DNA of 64,000 bases, taken from assembly GCA_030704615.1 (NCBI GenBank), contig CM060734.1, positions 37,696,001 through 37,760,000 of the forward strand, in the 5' to 3' direction. The stretch's first letter is position 1; the number at the start of each line of letters is the position of its first letter. A program made the position numbers and the translations under genes. Origin of the DNA: Takakia lepidozioides. Lineage: Eukaryota; Plantae; Bryophyta. This document shows, in pieces, positions 36,837 through 50,900 of this stretch. The notes below the pieces were generated by a model, which saw only the letters and a list, made by a program, of their open reading frames with translations, was not told the DNA's origin and searched no databases.

Positions 36837-39800
36837 TTCTTGCAGTGGGGGAGTGGCGGCAAGATTGGGGATATAGGGTTGGGAGGGAGTATAGGCCATT
36901 GTATTTAGTAGCTAGGAATTTGAGGAGACCCCTATAGATAAGGCCTAATCGTCCGGGGTCATTGAGAGCTTTTTGTAGCTGTATGCCAAGGGTACGAGCG
37001 TAGGAGGTAATTAGTTAGTAGGTACCAACGTCATAGCTGTCAGTTGGGAGCGGGATGAAGGCGTTGGGGGTGTTGGTGGGAAGGCCACAGATACGTTTGG
37101 TGAGTTGAATGAAGTTCTTGTCAATTAGTTTGATGTCAGGGAGGGAGAAGGGTGCAGCATGAAAGGAATATTGGACTTGTGGTTTGAGTACCAATTGAAC
37201 GAAAGAGAGTTTGTGTCGCACACCTCACTTCGGTAAGCTCCCCTTCAAGTCATAGTTACTCGCTTTGATGCGCGCGCCTAATTCCCAAACTGGCCGCCGG
37301 GCCAACTCGGAGCTTCGGCTGCTCGCCGGGACATAACGGTCCCATTTTGCTTCTCCACAAGACCCTCTCTCATTTTGGGCCTAGTGGAAATTCCCTTTGG
37401 TTGTTGGTAATCCGGAACAGCTCCCCACACCTTGGTCGCTTTCCGGCTCGCACGCTTGCTCACTAGTTTTTGGTCACCAACGGGCTTGCACCGTTCTCGG
37501 GGTTACTACTTCCTATATATACTTCTGTGACTATACGCGGGGGTTTCACAAACAACCCAGTCATTTTATGGCGAACCACCACGAAGACCCTCCATTCCTG
37601 GTGATGAGTCGCGGTGAGTCTTGGCCCACCTACCACGGCCCCATTGGACCGTGATGAGTCCCAAGACTCCCCACGACTCCCACCACAAGGTCTCCGCCCC
37701 ATGGTGAGTCCTATGCCACCCCCACTAAGACCCACTAAGCTACCACCACCCCTCGTGGAACCACCCCCACCGCAACCCAGTGTGCTGGGCTCCACCTAGT
37801 GTGTGCCTCCGCCTCCTTGAGTGCCTTGGGCACTCAAGGGTGCTTCAGCCCCCGTACCTATTGTTGCCACTGCCCCCACCACAGGGGCAGCCCCCCTGCC
37901 CTCAAGGCAAAGGGCCGCGACAGTTTGGGACGGATGGAGACTGGAGATTTGAGGAGGGCCAAGCTTCTATCGGTTAGTTTAGAGAGCGTGGTGCTTTTTT
38001 GTAAGTGCCATGTAAGTGAGGGAACAAGTTGTATACCTAGGTAGGTGTAGGGTTTGTTTGGGCCTAAGAATGGGAAGTTTTTGTTTCGGTAGTGGATGTG
38101 TAGCTGACAATGTGAGGCAATAGTGGTTTTAGTAAGCTTGTTGTGGTGGGTAGCTGCAGTGACAACACATTTGTGCAGACTTAGCTCCATGCCCGACCAT
38201 TGATTGAATCAAAATAATTTGTCCACTTGTCGATTAAGGTGTTGAGGTTTGTGGGCTAGGATGGCTAGATCGTTGGCATATGCTGCAACAGAGATTTCAT
38301 TAGGGGAGGTTTTGTAGCGGTAGCCTAATTTTCCACGGTCAATCCATCTTAAGAGTGGTTCTAAAAAGATGATAAAGAGATAGGGGCTTAAGGTGTCACC
38401 TTAAATGGTACCTCGCAGGATTGGGATAGAAGGGGTGGAGCCGTAGTATGAGCCAGAGTATTCCGTGGTACTACCGGTATAGATGTTGCCTATGAGTTGA
38501 ATGACATTGGTTGGGTATCCTAGGTCCGTCATAATGGCAAGGAGCCGAGCATGATCCAGGGATCCGAAGGCATTCTTAAAGTCAATGTATAAGAGATAGA
38601 TGTCTTGTTTGGCATCTTCTAGAGCGGAGAGTACATATTGTATTTGGCGGGTGGTACTTCGGGTGGCCCGGAAACCTTCTTGGGGGTCACTAAGAATGCG
38701 GTGGTGTTCCCTGTAGCTTGAGAGCATCGTGGTCAGTGTACTAGTGAAGAGTTTATATATAGTGTTCGCCAGTGCAATAGGGCGGTAGTTGCCAAGATCA
38801 GTGGGGTCCCCCTTTTTATATAGGAGAATGGTGCGGCTATGCTTCCATGATGGGGGGATACGACATAGACGGTAACAAAGTTGAAAGAATTTAAATAGAA
38901 GAGATGGAATTGGGGATTGAGTGCTTGGAGAATGACATTGGGGATGAGGTCCGGGCCGGGGGCCTTGGCTTTGGAGAGGGATTTAAGGCATGAGTCATAT
39001 AGGGCTTTAGTAAAAAAATCTATCGTCGGGAGAGCCCCGTTTATCAAGAGAGAATCCGTCAAGGTCGTGCCACAGGTAGTGTTTGGCTTTACACAAGCAA
39101 TCTGGAGTATGCTTATTGGGATAGAGACAGTTCAGGACTGTAGGTGTGTAAGATGCCGAGGCTTGAGCCCATATTTCATTTATGATATCATCAGGTTTGG
39201 TTAACAGGTGGCCAAGTCGGTGACGTAGACAGTCAATGGGGGGGTTGAGAGCAGGGTTGAAGATGGCTTTGTGGGCACGTTTAGGATGGTCATGCAAGAG
39301 TTGTCCAAAGGAAGAGATGAATTTCTTATGATTGGTAGTAGCTTTTTGTTTTGTAATATTATAGGCCGTTTTTTCCGCGTCTCTGCCTACTTTGGATAGG
39401 GTAGCAATCCATTTAGGTAAAGTGGAGGGATTAGTAGTGGGGGGGGGGGATTGACATGTCGGGATAGCGTGTAGGCACGAGATACAACGGTCACTTGTTG
39501 AAATGATTGGTGGTGGAAAGGACGTTGGGGATAATAGTGAGAGCTCGGCGTATAGTGTGGTATGTGTTAAGGTGGGAGGTCCATTCCCGTTTTTGGGTTC
39601 GGGTGAGGTATCCCCCGTTCTGTTTTGAACGTGTGGTCTGAGGGATTTATGGAGGGGCAGAGCAGGTGGCTAATACATTGGTGGTCATTAATTGTTGGAT
39701 GGATGTGAGGGTGAGTTCGGCTTCAAGTCAGGTAGTGTCTGGGTGTTGAGAAATGTTTGAATCGGAGAGTATGTAGGAAAGTTGTAGTATTAGAGCGGAA

Positions 39801-41312
39801 GTGATGGGTTGAAAGTGAGTTTGGAAGGCGACGATATTGCGTTGGGGTATGGGGGAGAGGAGGCGTGGTTGGGGAGGGGGTATGTGTACATCAGGGATGG
39901 GTCGAAAGGGAATAAGCGATGGAGGGAGGGAGACAGATATATGGTAGTGGTCAGAGTTGCATAGACTATCTATGTGTATGCGGCTCATAAGATATAGGGG
40001 GATATCCTCATTAGTTTTGAGGTAAAATCCATCTATGAGGCTTAGTGAGGAGTAATTGAGTCCTCCTTGTCTAGAATAGTGATGGTCCGTGGGGATATAT
40101 TTGAGAAGGTGTCGTGACGTGAACCGAGCCCAGTCACGATCAACTTGCGTAGGGGGTTTATGCGTGCCATTGAAGGTATGGCCAAGTAGAGCAATGTCCC
40201 TGTTGAAGTCTCCTGCTAATATGATGTGGTATTGTAGATGATCGGGGTTGGTCATTGTGTTGGATATGGTGTTTAGTATATCGGGTATAAGTGGTAGGTC
40301 CTCCGCATGGGATGAAGACAATGGGGCATAGTGCTGACGGATGTAGTTGGACGATTTGGAGGTGAGATCAAAGATGAATGGGTAGAGTTATTTTAGTGGT
40401 GGTGCTTGGTGAGTGATGTGAACATAGGATGCCGAGTGCAACACCGCCCCTAGTGGGTTTGTATGGTGCGGAGCGCCTGAGGAGACATTGTGGGGCGGTG
40501 AGGGGGTTACTGTATAAGAGGCAGTAGTCCGAAAGGAGTTTCTTGATGTATGAGCTATTAGTGTTGCTAGTGTGCAGCTTGGTTTCTTGTAGTAGTATGA
40601 TATGGGGGGAGGTGGAGTCAGTAAGGAGGTGGATGAGGCTCTGGATACTAGTAGCGAGAGAACTGACGTTCCAGGAGGTGATTATGAATGAATTGGTGTT
40701 ACTTTCGGATATAGAAATAGGATCAGTTGTGTTGGGTTGAAAGGGTGCGGGTGGTGGTGGGGAGGGGGGTGTAGTGCTGGTGGTGGCGGGGAGAACCCAA
40801 GGAGGGGGGTAATGGCTTTTAGTGTGGCAGCGAGGGTGTCTTGGGAGATGAAGGGAAATTTGTTAGTGGTTTCCAGAAGGTATGGGTCGGGAATGGTTAT
40901 GGTGGCTAGGTGGTCACCGAGAATCTTATGCACGGCGCCTGGTTGGGTTTGCAACAGATTTAGAGATGAGTGAAGAGTTAGATAGGTAGTGAGGTGGGGC
41001 CAAGTAATTATGGGGGAGCAACGGTAGGCTTTGTATTTTGTGGAGAAAGGTACGTATTTGGGAGATTGAGTGAGAGTGAAGATAACCATTACATGTTTCA
41101 GGCAGCAGGGAGATGATGATTATAACGGAGATTAAAAGAAGATGGGTCTTGGGGAAGGTTTTGAATTTTTGCAGGGCTTTGGAAAGTGCTGGGTAGCGAC
41201 TGGGGGGGAGTCCAAAATTTGTGACGTATTGCGTGGGCGTATGGTCGGGAGGTGGGACGTGCGGGAAGAATGGTGTGAAGTGGTCAGAGATATGGCGGTA
41301 GTTGTGCCTGAG
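36834..41312 (-). mobile_element. LINE 5' half: AP endonuclease and reverse transcriptase, degenerate
   Basis: APE motifs ITSWNV, IILLQETK, ILAGDFN, IDGF and SDHY (39940-40685). RT motifs KAPGPD, NYRPIAL, QEGFR, YIDFKNAFGS, RGTI*GDTLSP, YAND and YTYLGI (38030-38970). Confidence 0.92.
37214..37922. mobile_element. Solo LTR (709 bp) nested in the LINE
   Basis: TGTCGC...GCGACA termini and a perfect 5-bp TSD GTTTG (37209-37213, 37923-37927). Removing it restores the LINE frame SPVSIRPKLSFVQ. Confidence 0.92.
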
Positions 41313-42773
41313 ATGGTTGCATCGCGAAAGCTGGAATTGTACCACATGTCATTCTGAACTCTACCCTCGCGGACATGTATACCAAATGTGGGAGGCATTT
41401 CAGCAGATTCGAATACGTTTGTCTGTCTCTTGCTTAAGTGCATCAAGATGAAAGGTCTGGAAACTGGAAAGCAGGTGAACACACACATTATCCAAAGTGG
41501 ATTCAAGCCAAGGATGCGAAGGGAGTTCTCAACACTATGCAAAATGTGGGTGCATCGAGGATGCGGAGGGAGTGTTTGACAGTATGGCTGAATGAGATTT
41601 GGTGTGACCGTGGAGTGCGATGATTGCAGGGTATGCACAACAAGGGCGCGAGATGGAGGCTTTGGAGACCTATGAGCAAATGATGGGGGAAGGGGTGAAG
41701 CCTGACCACATCACGTTTGTTTCCGTTTGCAATGCGTGTGCAAGCCTGGCAGCCCTGGAAAAGGGCAAAGAGGTCCATGGTGACATCGTCAAAGCTGGAA
41801 TTGTACACTGCCTTGGTGAACATGTATGCCAAATGTGGGTGCATTGAGGATGCGAAGGGAGTGTTTGACAATATGGCCGAACGAAATGTGGTGTCGTGGA
41901 ACGCGATGATCGCAAGATATGCCCAGCATGATTGTCATAGGGAGGTCCTGCAACTATTTAAAGGAATACAAAAGAATGGCTTGAAGCCAGACAATCTCAC
42001 CTTTATATGTGTTCTCTCTGCATGCAGCCACACTAGCCTACTGAATGAAGAAAATCAAGATCATGGTGTCACTCCAACAGTAAAGATCTTTGGCTGTATG
42101 GTGGACCTTCTTGGACAACTGGATGAGGCAGTGGATCTGATTAATAAGATGCCAATCAATCCAGATGTTGTGGTGTGGAAGGCCTTGCTTGGTGTCTGCA
42201 AAATCCATGGCAATGTGGAGATGGCTGAACGTGCGGCGACATCTATCCTCAAATAGGATGAACAGGATGCCGCAACTTATGTGTTGCTATGCTTGCAGGT
42301 GGGATGATACTGCAAAGGAGAGAAGAATGCTGAAGGTCAGAGGGGTTAGAAAGGAGCCAAGTCGCTGCTGCATTGAGGTTGGCAACAGGGTGCACACCTT
42401 CGCTGTAGATGACAAGTTGCATCCCAGAATTAAGGAAATCCAGGCTGAGCTGAGCAGTGAGAAGATTGTCTGGGCAGATGAAAGGAGGCGGGGTATGTGC
42501 CTGACACGTATTTTGTATTGCATGATGTGGGGGAGGAGGAAAAGGAATTTTGTGTTTGCCACCACAGTGAGAAGCTGGCCATTGGTTTTTGGGCTGATCA
42601 GCACGACCCCTAGGACACCTCTCCGTCTCATCAAGAATCTTCGAGTGTGTGGTGACTGCCACACCTCCACCAAATTCATCTCAAAGATTGTTGGCCGAGC
42701 AATTGTTGTATGCTACGCTAACCGCTTTCACCACTTTGAAGATGGGATTTGTTCTTGTGGTGATTACTGGTGA
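41313..42773 (+). pseudogene. PLS-PPR protein with E and DYW deaminase domains (organellar C-to-U editing factor type), frameshifted
   Basis: PPR motifs, then [41 protein letters not shown] and [15 protein letters not shown]. Confidence 0.9.
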
Positions 42774-42929
42774 AAGGATGTTTTCTTAGCAAGATGCAAG
42801 TGTCTTGCTTCATTCATTGATCTATGTAGCTACTCAGACCATCCACCATTTCCTGAGAGTCTTGACCATCATGTACTGTCAGAGAGGGCTGGAGGATCAG
42901 ATGAGGGTTTGACAGATTCAACATCATGG

Positions 42930-45900
42930 ATGCTCACCAAGTGTTCAACAGAATGCCTCAACATCTTTGATCACGTGGAATATAATGTTGGCAGGATTTA
43001 CCAAGCATGGGTGTGGTAGGAATGCTTTGGAGACCTATGAGAAAATGTTGTGTGAAGGGGTGAAGCCCAGCCACATCACATTTGTTTGTGTTTGCAATGC
43101 GTGTGCAAGCCTGGGAGCTTTGGAGAAGGGGAAAGAGGTCCATGGTGACATTGTCAAAGCTGGAATTGTACCAGTTGTCATTCTGAACACTACCCTGGTG
43201 GACATGTATGCCAAATGTGGGTGCATTAAGGATGCAAAGGGAGTTTTCAAGGATTTACCAAACATGGGTGTGGTAGGAATGCTTTGGAGACCTATGAGCA
43301 AATGCTGCACGAAGGGGTGAAGCCCAACCACATCACATTTGTTTGTGTTTGCAATGCGTGTGCAAGCCTGGGAGCTCTGGAAAAGCGGAGAGAGGTCCAT
43401 GGTGACATCACCAAAGCTGGAATTGTACCAGATGTGATTATGAACAATACCCTCGTGGACATGTATGCCAAATGTGGGAGCATTGAGGATGTGGAGGGAG
43501 TGTTCAACACTATGGCTGAACAAGATGTGGCACGGTTTGGAGTGGACACATCGTCACGTGTAGCACAGGTTGTTTCTGTGGAGCGACGGACTAAACAGCA
43601 CATCAAGTGTTTGACAAGAAGGCTGAACAAGATGTGGTCTCACGGACCACAATAATTGCAGGATATGCACAACATGGGAGTGGCAGGGAGGTGTTTGAGA
43701 TATATGAGCAAATGATTCAAAAAAGGTGTGACACCCAACAAGATCACATTTGTTTGCCTTCTCACCGCATGTGCCAACTTGGCAGCCCTGGCTGACATTA
43801 TCAAAGTTGGAATTGCACGAGATATCATTATGGAGACAACCCTCCTTGACATGTATGCCAGATGCAGGATAATGAAGGATGTCCGTGAAGTGTTTGACAA
43901 AATGGACAAAATGGACATCACGTTTGTGTGTGATTGCAATGCTTGTGCAAGTCTGGCAGCCCTGGAAAAGGGCAAAGAGGTGATCAAATGATGGGGGAAG
44001 GGGTGAAGCCCAACCACATCACGTTTGTGTGTGCATTTGCAATGCATATGCAAGCCTGGCAGCCCTAGAAAAGGGCAAAGAGGTGCATGGTGACATCGCG
44101 AAAGGTTGAATTGTACCATATGTCGTTCTGAACAATACCCTCGTGGACATGTATGCCAATTAATGTGGGAGGCATTTCAGCAGATTCACATACGTTTGTC
44201 TGTCTCTTGCTTAAGTGCATCAAGATGAAAGGTCTGGAAGCTGGAAAACAGGTGCACACTCACATTATCCAAAGTGGATTCATGCCAAGGATGCAAAGGG
44301 AGTTTTCAACACTATGGCTGAACAAGATGTGGTGTCGTGGCACGCTATGCTTGCAGGGTATGCACAACAGGGATGTGGGTTGGTGGCTTTGGAAACCTAA
44401 GATCAATTGATGGGGGAAGGGGTGAAGCCCAACCACATCACGTTTGTTTGTGATTCCAATGCTTGTGCAAGCCTGACAGCCTTGGAAAAGGGTAAAGAGG
44501 TCCATGGTGACATTTTCAAAGCTGGGATTGTACTAGATGTCATTCTGAACTGTGCCCTGGTGGACATGTATGCCAAATGTGGGTGCATTGAGGATGCAAA
44601 GCAAGGAACTTATGTGTACTCTGCGAAGGGGTGAAGCCCAACCACATCACCCTAGTTTGTGTTTGCAATGCATGTGCAAGCTTGGGAGCCCTGGAAAAGG
44701 GGAAAGAGGTCATGGTGACATCGTCAAAGCTGGATTGTATCCGATGTTATTCTGAACAATGCCCTCGTGGACATGTATGCCAAATGTGGGAGCATTGAGG
44801 ATGCGCCTGAATGAAATGTGTTGTCGTGGAATGCGATGCTTGCAGGGTATGCACAGCAAGGGCGTGGGATGGAGGCTTTGGAGACCTATGAGCAAATGAT
44901 GGGGGAAGGGGTGAAGCCCGACCACATCACGTCTGTGTGTTTGCAAGCATGGCAGCCCTGGAAATGAGCGAAGGGGTGCATGGTTGCATCGTAAAAGCAA
45001 GAGTTGGTGAGAAGAATGATGAAGGCCAGAGGGGTTAGAAAGGAGCCAGGTCGCTGCTGCATTGAGATTTGCAACAGGGTGCACATCTTCGCTGTAGATG
45101 ACAGGTTGCATCCCAGAATTAAGGAAATCCATGCTGAGCTGAGAAGATTGTCTAGGCAGATGAAAGGAGGCGGGGTATGTGCGTGACATGCGCTTTGTAT
45201 TTCATGATGTGGGGAAGGAGGAAAAGGAATTTTCTCTTTGCCACCACAGTGAGAAGCTGGCCATTGGTTTTGGACTGATCAGGTTTGTGTGTGTTTGCAG
45301 TGCGTGTGCAAGCCTAGCAGCCCTGGAGAAGGGCATGCAATTTTCATATTTCTGCAAGTTACTGGTTGAGTGAACCTTTGATAGTTTGCAATGCGTGTGC
45401 AAACCTGGCAGCTCTGGAGAAGGGCAAAGAGGTCCATGGCGACATTGTCAGAGCTGCAATTGTACCACATGTCATTCTGAACAATACCCTCATGGACATG
45501 TATGAAGAGAACAGTATGGCTGAACGAGATGTGGTGTCGTGGAACTCGATGCTTGCAGGGTATGCATAGCAGGGGCATTAGATGGAGGCTTTGGCACTAG
45601 ATGTTGTGCTTGGCACACTATGTAAACCCAGTAAGACCAGGGAGTAGTTGAGCAGCTCAGTCTCAACCCTTTTCTAGTGCCAACAAACTCTGATGTGGAT
45701 TCACGCCAAGAAAAGTCTGGAAGCTGGAAAGCAGGTGCACACTCACAAGCATCGCAGGGTATGCACAGCAGGGACGTGGGATGATGGATTTGGAGACCTA
45801 TGATCAAATTATGGGGGAAGGGGTGAAGCCCAACCACGTCATGTTTTTGTGTGATTGCAATGCTTGTGCAAGCTGGCAGCCCTGGAAAAGGTCAAAAGAG

Positions 45901-45990
45901 GTCTATGGTGACATTGTCAAAGCTGAAATTGTACCAGATGTCATTCTGAACTCTGCCCTGGTGACATATATGCCCAATGTGGGTGCATTC
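42930..45990 (+). pseudogene. Tandem mosaic of PLS-PPR triplets with a second partial E/DYW piece (45004-45280)
   Basis: Repeated [36 protein letters not shown]...LVDMYAKCG; KEPGRCCIEI and [14 protein letters not shown]; many stops and frameshifts. Confidence 0.88.
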
Positions 45991-46623
45991 AGGATGCAAA
46001 GCAAGCAACTTATGTGTAATATGTTTCTGTACTGGGTGTGGTAGGGAGGCTTTGGAGATTGTGAATGGGTTATGCCTGGTAGGTGAACCTCATGTGTATT
46101 CAGATGCCCGTGCCAGTCTTTGAGCACTGAAAAAGTGGAAATGGATCTGTGTGTATTTGTAAGCCTATACGTTCTGATGTGAGGTTCTCTGGTTTTATGA
46201 CAGGAACAAAACAATTGTGAGTAGGAAATGAAGGGCCATCTCCTATTGGAATTCCTCAATTAGCATAGCTGGGCCTGAATCAAACATCAATGGACTAGGC
46301 CTTTCATCTTCACTAGGTGTTGTTGCTAAGAAAATAACCCATTGTGAGAGGGTCCCTAATCGAATGATGCTTCCAGGTACAGGTGAAGCAGAGGAATATA
46401 ACATACTGTTACATCGCACTTTGTACCTAACTTCCCAGCAAAGCGGTGTAGCATCAACCTCGGTTTGAGAGAGAAAGCCACCGTTCTATAGATTACCGTG
46501 ATTAATTTTAAAGTCACACTTTTAGCGTTTGATTCTCCTAAAAAACCCACCGATATATACTTTCATCTGCCCCTGCCTCTCTCTCTCTCTCTCTCTCTCT
46601 CTCCACCATACATACAAACAACC

Positions 46624-47346
46624 ATGTCAACGTCGGAAATAGCCAACACAATAGACACTGTAAAGGACCAACAAATCCAGGAAATAACCCACCAAGACAT
46701 GACAAACGTAATATATGACAGTTTCATGTCCAATGACCATCATGCCCTAAAGGTGGGGAACACATGGAAGCGCCTGCCCTACAGTACAAACTTCACAGTG
46801 CCTTGTGGAATGTCCCTCCAGACCGTGAAGACCGTGAAGAAATAGCAATCTTCGTAGGTATTGCAAAAATTCCCCTACCTTGGCAAAATCGGGAATTACA
46901 GATTCGTGACTTTCACCGAAGAACTAAAAGACGCAAAATTCATACTATTGATAGAAGACAACCATTACTTGTTCAATCACGTAAATACAATACAAAATGG
47001 TTCGATAATTGGAGGAGGAGAGGCGAGGACATGACGTGGATGGGTGGAAACAACATGAGCTTCACGAAAAAGCTCCTAAAAACTAACGCAAACAACTCTG
47101 GCTCGACGTCCGGTAACAACAAACGTCAAAAAACAAACAACGATGTACAATACAATAGAAGTCCTTAACGAAAATGACCAAAAAATGGATGGAGAATCCG
47201 TACGTTCAAGGGATCTCGTTGCAGTCAAGTGTAACATCCGATACTGGATGAATTTCTGTCACAAGAAACACAGGCTTTCATTCCAACTAAAAGGGGTCAA
47301 GACTCAAACTGTTGGCCAAAGCACGAGAGGAGACAAAGTCGAATGA
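46624..47346 (+). pseudogene. Intronless orphan ORF with two apparent frameshifts; C-terminus resembles an OB-fold ssDNA-binding protein
   Basis: Overlapping ORFs 46624-46845, 46764-47168 and 47143-47346 follow a (CT)n leader. C-terminal segment IEVLNENDQKMDGESVRSRDLVAVKCNIRYW..RLSFQLKGVK. Confidence 0.35.
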
Positions 47347-47760
47347 CGACATCTGGAGCAAAAGCATAGCTTGGTAGAGCTTAAATTAGACAACGTTCCA
47401 TGTAAGGGCTACCATATTTTATAAAGACCATCCTCTTTCTCCTCTTCAAAAAGTCTATGTTTTGTCCCAATGCATGCTCACAACAGATAATAAAAAAATA
47501 CTGATTTATCATAGTCCAAATCTACTTGTTGTACCAAGACGACCCATGGAAAACCCCTCCAACTCCCTTCCCCCCCCCCCACCAATTGGAACTGCGTGAC
47601 CGACATTTTGGCAGGCTGCATGAGCCGTACTCTCTCTCATGATCCTCGAGTATGGCCCATCCGTCTGGACGTCCTTCTCAGAAGTCGTCGCTAGTAGTGT
47701 GGAGCAACGCGAAGCCCTAGTCAATATATAACGATCATTGTAAAATGGAATGCTGTGCAA

Positions 47761-47765
47761 GCGGG

Positions 47766-47808
<43 letters not shown>

Positions 47809-47833
47809 GCGTGTTCGATCCACGCTCACCGCA
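47761..47833 (+). tRNA. trnF-GAA: Cytosolic tRNA-Phe (GAA)
   Basis: GCGGGGATAGCTCAGTTGGGAGAGCGTCAGACTGAAGATCTGAAGGTCGCGTGTTCGATCCACGCTCACCGCA, with an upstream CAA and a downstream T-run. Confidence 0.98.
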
Positions 47834-47959
47834 TGCTCCAACGGTAGAATTTTTATGGGTTTGTTTGCCAGCTTTTTTTGCCGTATGTCTGTTATGCTTG
47901 TTAGTTTGGAGATACTGAAGTGGAAGGAAGGCTTCATTTTTGCTGGCTTCGCTGCTTCC

Positions 47960-50900
47960 ATGGATGACGGCAGCAGCCATGGCGGAGCTTGTGGTGGACA
48001 AATCTCTGGTGGTGCAATTGTAGTTGGGCAGATTCCAAGGTGTGAAGAGATCAGAAGTTATCCAGCATGTGGTACAGAGGAACGGGATGGAGGTGCTGGG
48101 AGTGGACACTTGGAGAGTGGCCCCCTCATTGATAGAGATGATTGCTCAGGTATTTGTCATGTTGATTTCCCCTATGTTGTGTCACTCTTTTCCTACTACT
48201 GATGGCCACCAAAAAGCCATGCAATGTCTCCACATAACAGTTGGAGCTGGTTCTCAGCTTAACTCCTTTCGCATCAGATGTTAAATTTCTATGTTTCCTG
48301 GAATTCGCTTGGATAATTTGTACTCTGATTGGATATATCCGTTTTTTTTTCAAGACATTCCTTTCTGGTCTTCTTTTTTGCTGCTTTGCTCTCTTTTGCC
48401 ACAGAAAGATAATTTCTGAGCAAAGTGGTGTACAATGCTGTAGAAGAAGTGGATACTGCAAGATAACTATGAATGCGTGCAGAAAGCTTGTGGGCAACAT
48501 GAGACACAAGTGAGGCATATAAGACTGTCTTAACAGTGTGAATATTTCTGTAATTTTTCCTTCATCTTTTATCGTTGTTGATATCCAAGAATGACTATGA
48601 TGAGTAATACATCAGATAGTATGTTTTAGTGTGTAATATTGGTTTATTTGATTTGTGGAAATCCATGTTCACTTCAAGAGCCTTTGAACCCAAGCCACAT
48701 TCATGAAATTTTCACCGTAACCAAGTTCCTTTGAGATTTCATGTGCCTAAAATCACAGAAAAAGTCACTTACGCAATGTCAAGTTCTGATTGCCTTGTGA
48801 CAGTTGTAGTGTTAAAAAGTATGTCATCATATTGGCAGCACAACCGGGTTCCAAGATCAAGGGACCCTTCATCAAGTTAGTAAGTGAGGGTGTTGGATGT
48901 TGCGACAGCAGGACATATGAGCAAGGAGGAGGGGCCTTTGAAGCCATGGTTTGTTGGCCCAATCCTGGTGTGTGCTATATTGGCTGTTTCTTCTGCTGGA
49001 GCTGTATGTCACTCACATTCAACCTTCAAGTTTTCTGGGTAACGTTTTGATTATGAAACTGTATGTGCTATTTGTGTGAAATAATGAAAAGACGGAGAGA
49101 GGGAGAGAGAGAGAGCATGTCATTTATGACCTTAGTCTTGTAGCAGAATAAGGAGGAGCTAGAGGGACAGTCATTATCAGCCTTTCGGCCACTATAGGCC
49201 CCACACCCCATCTGGACTGTAAAGAAAAGTGGAACATAGAATCCAGAAAGGGCCTGACCACTATGGCAATATGCTTGCTCTAGTAGTGGGATGTGCCTTC
49301 GAAATGAAGTTACCCAAAGAAAGAAACTGGACCTTGTGGGTGGGGCAGCTGGGAGCGAAGCAATGTGCTCCTGAGTCAAAGGTCTCCCTTGAGTAGTGCA
49401 TCCTTTTTTTCTTCCTTGGTGTGCTGATTCTGATCTATGCTTCCAGGTAACAAAGATGATGGTGGAAGCGGCACCAGTATTGAATGCTGGGTGGCGTCTT
49501 CAGGTCACCTCTTTGATTTTACTGCCTGGATTCATATGGCAGTGGTGGTTTCTGCCAGTATTAACACACCAGCGAACATTATCATCAGTGAATGTCACCA
49601 TAGTTGCACTTAGTGCTTCAGCTCTTGCTCTCCATTTTGGTCTCTGGGTGAGTGTTCTCTGTTTCATGAGTGTTTGACAATATTTGTTGTCTTTTCCTGT
49701 CTCCTCCTTGAACTGTACAAGTGCTTTGGCAGTTTGAGCAATGATGCTGCTTGATTCTATTGACCTTCCAAGCTGGTGAATGCAGGTTTGGTCGCTTGAT
49801 CACACATCATTGCCCCACAGTTTGTTGTTTATTTCGACCCCTCCAATAATTTTGGCAGTTCGAGCTTTCGTTCAGGGGCAGCCATTATCCAGAGGAGAGT
49901 TGGTTGGAGTAGTCCTGGGGATGGGAGGGATGGGAGTAGTAGCAGCAGGCTCCTATGTTGAGAATGATAATGAAGTTACATGGTTGGGTGATTTTGCTTT
50001 CTAAAGGGGTATCTCTAAACCTCTCAACAATCAAACCGAGGAAAGAGATGTCAAAGCATAGCTCTGGGCCTGCAATTTACCTCTAAGATGGCGCCCGGCA
50101 GAAATGTGTACTACATGTCATAAATGAGATCTACCAGTCCGAACACATCAGTGGTATCTTGAATGACTCTTTGCATTTCATCTGAAGTCCTCATCTTCAG
50201 GTATGGGGAGGGAACCCACTACCGTTCACAAATAAAAAGACTGCCTTTTGCAATTACTTATCATGTTTTCAAGAGGGACCAGAAGTTGGCAGCTCTTGGA
50301 TCTTGCTAAATCTAGGGCTTCATGTAGTTATGATTTGGACTGAAGTTTAGTGGATTGTTCTGTCTATTAGATGTATTAATTTAGGTGGTAATGTCAACTA
50401 AGGTGGTGTCTCAATTACAATGACTATTTTCTGGGGGTTAGTCTGGCTTCAGCAATCTCTTTAACTTCAGTGGATCTCCTCGATCTTTTCCCAGACTTGC
50501 TGGTTAAAGTACCTAGTCTGTGGATGTTATGAAGTTCCCTCCTTGCTTTTTATCTGTACAGCTGATGATATCTGCATGAGCAGGCTGGATGCCCCTATAT
50601 GTGTACGCATTACCGGTGACAGCTGTTGCGGCTCTTCAATTGAGTCTAGCAGGCATGATCCTGGAGGGCATCTTACAATCTTCCACAGGACAAATCAGTG
50701 GCCCTTTTGCTTGGGTTAGAAATGGTGAGGTTTGATTGAACACGTGTAACTCAACTGACAATGGGAGTGAGATTGAGATTGCAGTCCTAATGAACATTAG
50801 AAGGTGTAACGTCATAGATGATGCAAAGTGATATGAGCAATAGTAGTTGGACACTAGTTGGCTTTTTTAACTTTGCTTGGAGGCTTTGTGGGTGAGTGCA

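Noticed and set aside
47509-48109. Minus-strand ORFs across the tRNA
   Set aside because: Antisense to tRNA-Phe and EamA exon 1, with no recognisable motifs.
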